NCBI GenBank assembly: GCA_026023565.1
Contig: JAPETS010000009.1
Coordinates: 310,001-374,000, forward strand
Reading direction: 5' to 3'
Source of the DNA: Cirrosporium novae-zelandiae
Taxonomy: Eukaryota
DNA length: 64,000 nucleotides
The translations under genes and the position numbers were made by a program. A model generated the notes under the pieces. It saw only the letters and a list, made by a program, of their open reading frames with translations, had not been told where the DNA came from and did not search any database. Shown piece by piece: positions 52,714 to 64,000 of this stretch; the stretch's first letter is position 1; the number at the start of each line of letters is the position of its first letter.

Positions 52714-55209
52714 ATGGCCTACGATGAAAGCCGTAAGAACGAACGTCCTACAAACGAGCAAATGCTCGGTTTACGAGGTATACTAGACCGGGATGTCATA
52801 TCACAAACTTCTAGTGAAATTACTCCTAAACCTCTGACGCCGAGAAACGATCTAAAGAAAGAAAATTCTCATAAAGCTTATCGACAAGATATTTCTGTGA
52901 GTAAAACTCACAATTTTATATCCAAAGAAGCTTTGCCTTCTTTGGATTCGTTCGTAAAAGAAAATCCCCGCAAGCGTCCTCTGCGAAATCCCACTATTCC
53001 ATCATCATTTAGTACCGAACTCCGAGCCTTTCAATCGAACCAAGAAAGGCTCAGTCAACTTGCTGCTGAGCTGGACGTACGGTCCCATGAAAGCAAAATC
53101 CAAGGTGCCAATAACCATAAAACATGGTCAGAATTGCAATCCGAGATTGAGTTCTGTCGTGCATCATTTGATCTTGCCACAGTTCGTGAAAAGAACCGAT
53201 TAAATAAAGAAAAAAGAGAGAATACCTTGGACAAACAGGCAAAGACCCTTGACCAATTGGAAGACTCTTTACAAAAATGGGAGGACACTCTCAATAATAT
53301 TGAAACCCATCTTGCAGATCGGGAAGGTCGTGCTTCAAACCATGAAAACCTTCTTGTAGAAAGGGAACGTCTGGTTGATAAGCGCGAGAAGTACTTTGAA
53401 GAAAAAGACGAAACGCTGATAGGAAAAAACAAAGCATTTGATCGTCACCAGCGCTCTCTCAGTAACCGTGAAGATTGCCTCAACGTTCGTGAAAAACATA
53501 TCGATAAACGAGAAGGCTATCTCAATAGTCTAATCCAGCAGTTTGAGGATAGGGTGGCTCAAATGAATAAGCAGGAAATGAAGCTGCTAGCAATCCAAGA
53601 GCGTAACTCCGCCCAGATTAAAGAACTGAAGTCATTTATCGTTGACAAGACTAAAACACCTAACAACACGGCGATTAGAGAATTACTTGACCAGATACGT
53701 TCTATTATGGAGCCAAGCGATATTGAATCTCCCAGCGAAGTCCAGGAAAATGGTCAGGAAGGATTACTTTTACAGGAAACTACCGTCAATCCTTATACTA
53801 TTCAGCCTTCTCCGGTCACTGAACACTTTATCCCGTCTCAGCTAGAAGCGATCAGCGAAGAATCAGAAAGCTCAGATCTTATATCTCCTAGTGGTTCACA
53901 ATTCTTAACAGTACCATCATCTCCTGCCTACCCTCAGAATGTCCACTTCCAATGTCAAAACCCTTTTGACGATATGAAGCCATCACCTGAAGCCCCCCAA
54001 AGTATGCAGAATGGCAAACAAGTGGTGTTATCTCCTATGGATGAATGGTCTAAAAGCGTTGTAAGTATCGAGTCGACAGGAAGCTCACGGACATCTATTC
54101 TTCCACGGCCTCGTTCCGAAGGTTCTTTAAGACAACGGCGAATGGGAGACGTAAGACACTCGTTTCCACCACCTCGTTTGGAAGGACTCTGCGATCCCTT
54201 TCTCGATCCGTCAACTCCACGAGAGCCATATAGTCCACAAGAAGATTATTCGCAAATGATGCATATCCACCCTGCGCTACGTCCTTTGGCTCCTAGTCCA
54301 CCAGAGATATCCTCGCCAATGATGCATATCCACCCTGCTTTACGTCCTGTAACTTCTAGTTCAACAGAGCCATCATCACCTATGACCTATATTCATCCTG
54401 CACCACGTCCTTTGGCTCCGAAGATGTCCGATCCTTTTATAGATAATCGAAGTATTCCAGCCACTACTTCACTATCTCCAGTTACACCCCAGACTGTTTC
54501 TACGCCCACAACTGATATTGTTATCCACAATATTCAAAGTGAAGGATTGGCTGAAAATACTGTTGAATTACCCAAGCAAGATCCTAAGCGCGTTTCTATA
54601 TCTCGAAGGGCTTCTAGTAAGCGTTCGGATACCCGTGGCTTCAAAAAGCTTTTCACTCGTGTCTTCCGTTCTAAAGCTAGATCAAAGTCAGAATATCCCA
54701 AAGTCAGACCGATCTCTAAAGCCCAAACCTTGCGAAGGAGCCTAAGCGAAAGACGCGTTGCCAGTTCAACCTTTAATCCATTAACCAATATAATCGAACA
54801 CAACCTAGAGGATCCTCAAGCAATCGGACGACAGATTTTCGGCCCAGACGCCAGTTCCCTCCTAACGAGTACCCCTCCAAAAACCGTCCAGAGACGACGA
54901 ATCCCCGCCCTTTCACCAAACCCATCAAGCCAGGATATTGCAGAGGTTTCACGACCAGAATCATCTAAAGCAACCTCGTCAAGACCCTCGTCAAGACCCT
55001 CGTCATCCAGACCGACTACTTCTAGAACATCTTCGAAAGGAAGGACAACACCAGTGAATTTAGGTCCTAATACTTCTCGTGTTCGCGCAGTAGGGAAGGT
55101 AAGTCTCTTTCCGATATTTATTTAATAGGGGTGAAGACGCTAAGACTCTTTACAGCAAAAAGAAGTTAACGCTGTGAATATTGGTAGAGATTGGATGGAA
55201 TTCGATTAA
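52714..55209 (+). CDS. Hypothetical coiled-coil plus Pro/Ser-rich disordered protein
   Basis: 803-aa ORF with long charged heptads and three 21-aa repeats. Likely terminal intron 55099-55155 gives the C-terminus QKEVNAVNIGRDWMEFD. Confidence 0.7.
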
Positions 55210-56880
55210 CTGTTGCTGCTGCTGTCAGGTTTAGTGAGTACGGATCAGGATGGAGATGATATTACTACTGTTGGATGATCTGATGATCTGGATACCATCA
55301 TTAGACTGATGGAAAACCCTCCCCCCATATTTTCTTTCTGTATTGTGGATGGATGTCCAGACCAGTGTTGGATCAGAAAACCCTTCTTTGAAGAAAAGTA
55401 TTCTCCAATATTATATCAGCGATCCAGTTTATCGTCCTTTGTGCTTATCCTGGTCACCCCCACATTTTTTATTATTTCGATGCTTTGTTCAATCCCCCCA
55501 AATTAAAAGCTTGGTGACCATTAGCAGGATAGCAATACTTGTTCAATTTTTTTTTCGGATAATAAAGAATGTCCACAGTTTTTCCTTCATAGCCATATAA
55601 CATTTCATTCAGTTGTAATTCGCAACCCACTACTTAACCCACTTACATTCAATACACCAAACAAACAAACAACAACAACATTAATATATCCACCCCTCCC
55701 CTCCCCTTCCGTACACACAGTCCATTGAAGAAAATTTGAATCAGACCAACCATTCCAACCACTAGCAATAACGCAACAACAACGCAACGTTTGTTTATTC
55801 AAATGAACCTTTCTCGCTCTGAATCCCTCCTTCCTCACTTATTCTACCACACACATATAACATCTCTATGAATCTTAACTCTCTCCATTCTTACACCCGT
55901 CCACAGGCTGCTTAGCTCTACTTCTCCTCTCCACATTCCTCTTAACAACCTAACTAAATACTCGCATCGTTTAATCAATAATAATAATAATAATAATATC
56001 CATAACTAGTTCCATCACACCTTACCTAATCCATCTTCTTACCCCTTTACTTTATACTCTTATTCTCTAAATTCCCATTCCTTATTCCCTTATCTATGAA
56101 AAAATCCAAATATAATAGTAGTGTAACCAACCAACTATCCTCCCCCTTTTCCCCCTTTCTCCGAATCTGGAATAAAGCAAAAAAACCTTCCAACCATCAC
56201 ACATTTAATCTAATCTATCCCATATTCTCTATGCATACACATATACGCACATACGGACATATACAGAACCAACTAACCAACAAAGAATTTAATGCAGTAT
56301 ATCCCAAAACACAGAAGCAAGAGAATAACAAAAAGCGCAAAAGTACATTCATTCCATCAAAAAATGTACACACCTACCTACAAAGGAGATGGGGAATCTT
56401 ACTTTGGTTTTGTTCTGTCTTTTCTTTTAATTTCTGAAAAAGGTTTTGTGTGTGTGTGGTATTTATACAAGGATAATAACGATTATGATGGTGGTGGTGG
56501 TAAATGGTAGTAAGGGGGTGGTATGTAGAAAGAAAGAAAGAAACAAACAAGCAAACAAAAGTGGAGACTTACTGGGTTATTCAGGTAGGTACAGAGGGGG
56601 ATATATTCGCTTTGTTGGTTGACTGTGGATTGATTGTATGGGACTACCTAGATAGCTGGGGGGTAGTTTGAATATTAATGTTAATAAGATTGGAATCTAG
56701 AGATGGGAGATGTGACACGAGAGACTGGAGGTCTTTTTTTCCTTTGTGTGATATGGAATTTTGTAATTTAGTTGATAAATAATCTCTCAACACTTCCCCC
56801 CCTCCACACACACATCCTTATATTATCATATTATCATATTATCATACCAACACCCACCTTAATCAATCCCTAACCGTTCT

Positions 56881-56920
56881 TTTCCTTTCCTTTCCTTTCC
56901 TTTCCTTTCCTTTCCTTTCC
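56881..56920. repeat. (TTTCC)8 microsatellite
   Basis: Directly visible. Confidence 0.95.
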
Positions 56921-58948
56921 TTTTACCTAGATCACACCCTACTCCAAGGAGAACGGAAAACGCATGAACCTTCCTTTAAAAAGGGCATACATACTACCTT
57001 CCGTCCTCATCAAACTCATCAACATAGAAAAGACCTTGAGGGGGGGAGGGATGAATAGAAAAAATGTTTGGAAGCATATAGAGTCAGGTAAAGCATTGGT
57101 ATTGTTATTATCAAGAAGTTGAAATTGGGTTGGATTGAAGGCAAAGACTATATACAGGAAGAAAGGAAGGAAAGAAGAGGAGGAAGGTGAAAAGGAGGCC
57201 TATCTGAAAAATCAAAAGTGTATCTTCATTCAAGTGCAGTAGGTGTATCGTGTTGGTTTTCTCTCTCTCTATCATTTCAAACTACCTACCCACCTAGGGT
57301 ACTTAGGTAAGTTATGCAAAGGAAAGAAAAGAGACTTGTAGGTTAACCAGCTGCCATATGAAGGAACTCTGTAAAAGTTTCTTGGGTTATTGGACCTCAG
57401 GACCTGTTCCTAATCTAATATGGGAAATTTCAAGGAGGAGGGAGAAGGGGATTGGATGAGTGAGTACGGATATGGTTCTTGCATATCTAATTTAATTCAT
57501 GATATAATAATATATCATATAATATCAGTAGTTTTGTTTTGTTCTTATTTTATTCATTTGTTCGTTCATCCATTTTAACCACCATTACTCAAAATTCACA
57601 ACTCACGCTTTAAGCCCCATACCTCAATCCCCAAACCCCTCCCATCCTATCACGAGTACGCGTTACTTATAATTAAAAATGAATAAACCCTTAAACGGTT
57701 TATTTATAATATATCAATTAAAGTAATTACCTATTTTACAAAAAAAAGAAAATATCGATTTTACCACTTAATTAGACCTCTGAGGATTGAGCATGTTTTT
57801 GTACAGTATATTCTGGTTCGGAACTACCCTCCCCCCCTCCCACCGTCGGCCTGTTCTTCAGCCCATGCTTCTTTCTGGGGATTTATATTCTTCCACCCCC
57901 CCCTGTCCCTCCCCTTAGGGTTTCAAAAGGTCAGTACGGAATATAACTTCCAATAAATAGAGACATGGTATATATCAGCCCAACAGAAGATAAAAGGGGA
58001 AATAACTGTCCTCCTCCATCCACAAATCCTTGATCTATTTGTATTCATTGCAAAGAGTGCATCCAGGTATGAATTTTTCTTGTATGGAACCACCACTGTA
58101 TATCTAAGAAGATTTTCGGTGGATGCATCACAGGTTAGAGCAGAGTGGTTATCCCTTTCCCTTCTCGTTTTTCCCTGAAATAGTGTGTAAGTGAAGAAAA
58201 AAAAGCAAAGCAAAGCAAGTACAACAACCCTTCTTCCCCACTTTTAGGGTTCAAAAGATCAGTATAAAATAGAGGTTTAGTTTATAGACAATGGTAATTG
58301 CCCTAAAAACCCCTGATCGGATTTTCTAAGTTTTAACAAGATGTCTTTTATAGATTATAGGATGATTTATATATATATTTTAAAGCTCTTTTTTCAATGG
58401 GTATATCTATCCCAAGATGGGGGGAAATGGAAGTCAAAAAAAAAAAATTTGGAATTGGGATAATTGAAACAAGGTGGTTTGATTGCCGACTGTCTTTTTT
58501 GGTGCGCCTCAAAAGTTTCCGAATAGTATTTTTTACTGCCTCCTTTAACCGTAGACTCAACCAAAATAAGGGCGTCCGGACTAAGCGTCCAGATATCCTT
58601 TACGGAATATATCTGGTTAATAATATTCCGACATGCTGGATTGGGACATGTTGCGGGAGAGACGGCTAAAGGATTCTGTAAATATTTCCGGATTTATTCT
58701 CGAGAAGTCTTTGCGCAGGTCTTACAAATTATACAGATATTGTGAAAGAGTGCTAGGGTTGAGCATTTAGATAGAGCTGTGGGTATAGGATATAAGGGGC
58801 CTGGGGCAGTTATAGGAACGGTATCGTATGTAGGACCTAGATAAATAAATAAATACGTAACTCTTAAAATAAACAAACAAATCAATCAAACAAAATAAAA
58901 GAATTAAAGGAGCAAAAAAGTCTGGTATTCGTCTATATCTATCAGGGC

Positions 58949-58997
58949 GTACAGCTGCCTATATAGATAGGTAGCTGTACCCCATGTCCAGGACTAG
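58949..58997 (+). mobile_element. Possible Helitron 3' terminus (hairpin + CTAG)
   Basis: 14-bp stem GTACAGCTGCCTAT/ATAGGTAGCTGTAC (one G:T pair), then CTAG at 58994-58997 followed by T. Confidence 0.35.
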
Positions 58998-61931
58998 TAC
59001 GTAAATGGATAAGAAACTAACTCCGAGGTTCCGGTGTGTTGTCCCCTGTTCTCGCTTACCTAGAGCTTTCCGAATAGAGGTTTGCCCTCATTCGGTGCCC
59101 TAGGCAGCCAAAAACTGGTAACTCTTTCACAATATGTTAGAAATATTTTCGGTTGATATATCGCAGCTAGAATATTGGTATTTATTATTTATTTTTATAT
59201 TAAAATAAATATATGTCAGTGGTGCAGGCAATGCTCGCTGTGACGATCGTCGGGATAAAAATTCTGTGGGAGGTGGAACGAGAATGAATTGAAGTAAAAA
59301 TGAGAATCGCTAGAAATAAATCTGGGCACGGCGAGAGGGAGGAATGATGGAGGGGAGAGAGTGGGGTTGGTGGTGGTAGATAAATGGAGAGTGGTGAAAA
59401 TATGAAGTTGAGTGAAAAGAAAAGAAATCCTAAGCTACTTAATAACCCGCAAACTTAGGCCAACTCGTCTTCCGAAGAAGACGTCAAGTCGATAAAAGAA
59501 CGATTGGCGATAAGAAGAGGAGTGGGAACCGCAGAAGCAAGGGTACCAGGAACCGTAAAATTTATTCCAGGTACGTTTATTTGAACAGGTATATCTATAT
59601 ATATTAGTTACGATCCATGATATTCGCAAATTACTTACTATCATGGCAAAGATTGGCCGTAAACTGTCAATGGCAGCTGCCGCAGCCACTGTGGGCTTCA
59701 TTGCCCCAAGACACACATCTAACGAATCACCCATGCCCAGGGCCACACTGATGACATTGCGGATTGTTGGCAGTCCCTAACACTATACACATTAGCATAC
59801 CACAACATTGGCTAACTTCCTCTTCAACTATATCAAAAGGTCTAGGACTAGAGGTTTTCGTCATAGCATCAGCCAAATTTGCCCTCAAACAGCTACTTGA
59901 CCAGCTCATCTTTTTATTCCTCTATCAAATGATTTATGCTCTGCTTCATCGGATATTAACCCTATGGGCATTGAAGCAGGTGAGGCAGGTTTTGTGGGTG
60001 GTTGCAATGTCTCCTCGAAACTCCGCAGTCAAATTCGTTTTCGCGTTCTGAATACTTCGCCATTTACCTATTTTGCTTTTTTTTGAAGTTGATTTTCATT
60101 GCTTTCACGCTGAATATCATGATCCTTCTTTTTCCAGTTTTATCCCCATGTTTCAAGTTGCTTTTTTTGTTAGATCCGTATCTGCAGTCAAGGCGCCCAG
60201 ACTTCTTTGCTGCTCAAATTTGTGCTTTGGCCTATTCTCCTATTCCGCTTGAATAGTTTGGAGATTTAGGTGGTTCATCATCCTTATCGAGTGAAACTGC
60301 ACATTTTCCCTCCATGACAGGTTACCCTCGCTCAACAGGCGCGTACCATACTTTTCGAATAGAAAAAGAAATACGTACACAAAGGGTCATAGACCACAAG
60401 ATAAGACTATCATAGAAGAAGCTAAGCTCTTACCACTAAACCGAAGTAAGCATGATTACTCGCTAGGTTAAAGCAGATAATCATGTTTGGCTATACAAGC
60501 TCTCCTGCTTCCGTGATAAAGACCTTATGAAATCCTAGTCTTTGAAGGGAATCCCCGTTTATGGTACGTCTTCGCATCATCGTTTGCAACAGGACTATGA
60601 TGCTAAACGACAGAAAGGCGAGTTGAGAAAAAAGTATTGTACAAGTCCAACTTAGAGCCTCCAAGTAGAACCGAGTTGTTATGGTGTGCTCCTTTTCCTG
60701 TGACCAGTATAATCTGTCCTAATAGAATTCTGATTAGGTAAATTGACGTTGAGATAGATGTAGAATTTATGGCGGATTAAGTAAGCTCTAATAATAATTA
60801 ATGTGAGTAGGGCAGGGTTCTCAAAGTAAAGCTTTAGACGATAAGTAGTAAACCAAAGCTAGAGAAACAATGGAGTAGAAATTTTGGAGGAACTGAGAAG
60901 AGAGTGTGAAGAAGAGAGTGATCTTCGTGAGAATAGGCATATCTATTTAAAAAAGGACGAGCACTTGCATTGATTAAAATCCAGAACTGATTTAAAGTAA
61001 AGTTGTATTTTCTTTATGGTTAAAAGAAGAGAGAGAGAAAAGGCGATATAATAAGTCAAACGAGGAAATCATGATTCGATAACCTCAACAAATCTAAAGA
61101 AGCTCTTTCTCAGATAGCGATTTTTGATTTATCAGCATCCCTCTGCTCCCTGTAATGCCCTCTAAATTCTGTAGGATCTCCCTTTCCAGGATGGTTTTGT
61201 TACTTGAATTTTTTTGTGAGATGTTATTAATCAACATTTTTGGTTGTCTAATGATCCTGTAATCTCTTCTTCAAGTCTGGACTGAAGTTGTATCACTCTT
61301 TGTTTTAATAAATTCTCTAAATAACGGGTGATATTGTAACCGCTGTTCTTTCGTTCTTAACCTCCTATATTATTATTTTTTATCAAAGGTATCTCTGGAA
61401 AACACCCAGGATAAGATTTGCAGATCCTTTGAGGCACCGCGATATTTTCCCTTACATGTCTGTTACGACAAAGCGTAACGAGGTCGTTTATGAGAAGCAC
61501 TTAAGCGCTTAAACCTAAAACCAGTAGGTATTTGAAATGGTTGTTAGTTGCATGGGTTGTATTTGTCACCTAAAATTAGAAACGGGAGCAGTCCACATCA
61601 ATCTGCAGTTATATATTCGCAAGAGATGAACGTAGCTTTCAGAGTCTAGATCTCTTACGAGAAAGAGAGGACTTGAGGTCATATGGTGTACCTCTAACAC
61701 CACCATCTGTTGCGTGATGCATATAAATTGATTCCATAATTTGAGAACGAGGATCGAAAGTTGGTGGGAGCGATAAGGGGGCAGCATCGCACCTGGATAT
61801 GAGGAACTAAGACCTATTTATTAAGAAGCGCCGAGGTTATGATATAGAACTAGGAGCATTATCGTATGGGATTCTCGATGTATGCCACCTTAAGGCATGG
61901 AAAGAGTGGCAGGTGATAGCATAACAATTTT

Positions 61932-62103
61932 CAGTGAAGGGAATAGGCCAGACCAGACCGGTCTGAAGGTGATTATTGCTGCGGTAACTTGATTATTACT
62001 ACAGCAACAGTCGTGAACGTCCTTACTGCTGATCCGTGCCATCCCAACACGACGTAGTTTTGACCATGTCAGACCGGTCTGGTCTGGCCTATTCCCTTCA
62101 CTG
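61932..62103. mobile_element. hAT-type MITE, 172 bp
   Basis: 35-bp perfect TIRs CAGTGAAGGGAATAGGCCAGACCAGACCGGTCTGA. 8-bp TSD ACAATTTT at 61924-61931 and 62104-62111. Confidence 0.9.
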
Positions 62104-64000
62104 ACAATTTTTAGATGTGGTAGGGGGGGGCAAACATCTTGAGGGCAGGGAAGTTACTGTGGCAAAGTGGCCGTGTTGGATTCTGTTCATGCATCTGAAG
62201 TTCCCCAGCGTCTTTCTTCGAAGAGCGCCCATTGTTGCAGAAATGGGAAAAAGGGACTTCTCGGCCCGTCTGGTTCCCTCCAGCTGCCCTACCAGTTTCT
62301 GCCAGTTCGATTCCGTCGGGTTGCTTATGAAGCACAGCAGTCTCACAATCCTTATGCCCACCAGTTTCTTCGCTGTTTTCCCGTCCAGGCTGGCTTTTGA
62401 AATTTGCATGATGTCGTTCCCCGCCATCCAACATGATCCGGGTGGTATCCTTTCCCACCATCGCAGCGGCCACCACCAACCCCAAGTTGTAGCACTTGTT
62501 ATACCAACATGCTCATAAAAATGAATAGAAGACTCGCTGGATAGGCTAGTCTTTTGGTCCTGAACATTCTGAGGGTACTCAAGGTACTAGAAGAGAGAAA
62601 AGAACGATTGAACGTTAAAATTTGAAATAACCGGAAAATTCTATCTTAAAGCTTCTTAGAGAGTTGTTTCAAGGAATAGATAATGGGCACTAGGATAGCT
62701 AATAAATCATGCACAGAAATCTAAGGAAATAATAGTATAGTCGTGTATTTGATGGTTAGACTTGGCAATCTATTCTTAAGTGAAGTTTTAAAAGAAGAGG
62801 GAATTCATAAAAGTAACAAAGACTGCTTAACTGAACGCAAATAACCCAGAACAAGGATAGTCGGCATTGGACAACAATAGGAAAAAACTGTTGGAAGTTA
62901 TGATTTAAACAAATGGGGGTTTATGAATTTAATAATATCCAAACCTCGATTAGACTAGAAACGCGCCCCCGATAAAGGATTCAAGTACTGTTGATTACGA
63001 GGGGTTATCCATAAAAGAAATTTTTAGAATACTTAGAATTAAATTCAAATCCTTAAGTCCCCACGAAGTTCTTTACTCTTCGGCTGACGATCCAATCTTA
63101 GTCCCTGCGAATCTCAAGTTTCTTTTCACATTCCTATCAGAATGAGTGCTAGCGGTCTTTGCCTATGAGTGTAGATGAACAACAGAAATAATGCCCGTAA
63201 AATCAATCCTGACACTTTCGATTGCTTTAAGGTGAATCGAAACAGGGCCTTTTATACCATATCAGACAATATCCTTTGCCAAACAATGGCCAATTCGTTC
63301 TGGATGTCTTATATATAAGGCTTACCGTGTAATATGTGCTTCACATTAAACTGTAAGGCGTCCTAATGATACCGTGTCCAAAACGGCAACATGGAATCAA
63401 TAACTCGAAAGCTCGTTCGGTCGAAGCTATTTTTGGATTTAGAATAAGGTGCGAGTTTCTAAATAAATAACGAGCCCCACAATATGCTAAATAGATCATT
63501 ACGGTAAGAATGTAATGATAGTAAATACCCGCTAAAGGATTAAAGAAGGAAGAGTGTGTCGATGAAAGAGAACCTTCAATGATGACAAAAGAACAGTGAC
63601 CAAAAATGGGTTGAAATCAAGTATTGTTTCAAAAAAAAAAAACTGTACACTATTTAATTGTTGTGAATAAAAGGTTGACGTTTGTCATGGATCAATTTGA
63701 ATTGTGTAAGATGGATAGTCATTAGTCTATGTAGAAGAGATTCTGGAGTTTTTGGATTGGCGGATTGGTCGGCTATTTAGGTAGTTATATTTGGGCTATG
63801 AAATATGCCATCTAGCTAACCATTAATTCCAATAAATCCTGATAAGCTAGGATGATTTGGATGCTTAGCTTCCTGGTACGAGACTGGTCTACTAAGCTGG
63901 AGAGATGGCTTAACTGGTCCCAAATTTGAGGATGGCCTCGGGTGATAGCATGAGTTTCTGAGCTATGCAGACCAAGGGATGCGTATGGATTTGATTGATT

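Noticed and set aside
57915..57920. TTAGGG telomere motif
   Set aside because: Isolated single copies, not a tandem array.
55300..64000. Starship captain (DUF3435 tyrosine recombinase) or an intact transposase
   Set aside because: No long ORF or recognisable catalytic motifs were seen.

Overview
Eukaryotic DNA from a filamentous ascomycete fungus (short spliceosomal GT/GC-AG introns with CTAAC-type branch sites; no prokaryotic operons, rRNA or CRISPR). About 23 genes or pseudogenes lie between 0.5 and 55 kb, followed by a gene-poor, AT- and microsatellite-rich tail (55.5-64 kb) with transposon relics. Recognisable genes include LCP5/neuroguidin, a PCI-domain (Thp1/Csn12/PCID2-like) gene, frequenin/NCS-1 (GC-AG first intron), mitochondrial 1-Cys peroxiredoxin, MED4, EMP70/TM9SF, an amino-acid permease, a P450, an FMO, a histidine acid phosphatase and an alpha/beta hydrolase. 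The most notable items are: (1) a head-to-head pair of an ICL/PEP-mutase-family lyase with a dimethylmalate-lyase-like signature and a fused LeuC/LeuD-like Fe-S dehydratase, resembling a two-step branched-dicarboxylate pathway; (2) a three-gene immunity-like block at 3.9-11 kb whose NACHT NLR-like gene has at least five inactivating lesions; (3) an intact 172-bp hAT-type MITE with 35-bp perfect TIRs and an 8-bp TSD; (4) a possible Helitron 3' end; (5) degenerate tandem repeats and a recurring C-rich to G-rich strand switch within genes. Family assignments come from motif recognition only, with no database search.
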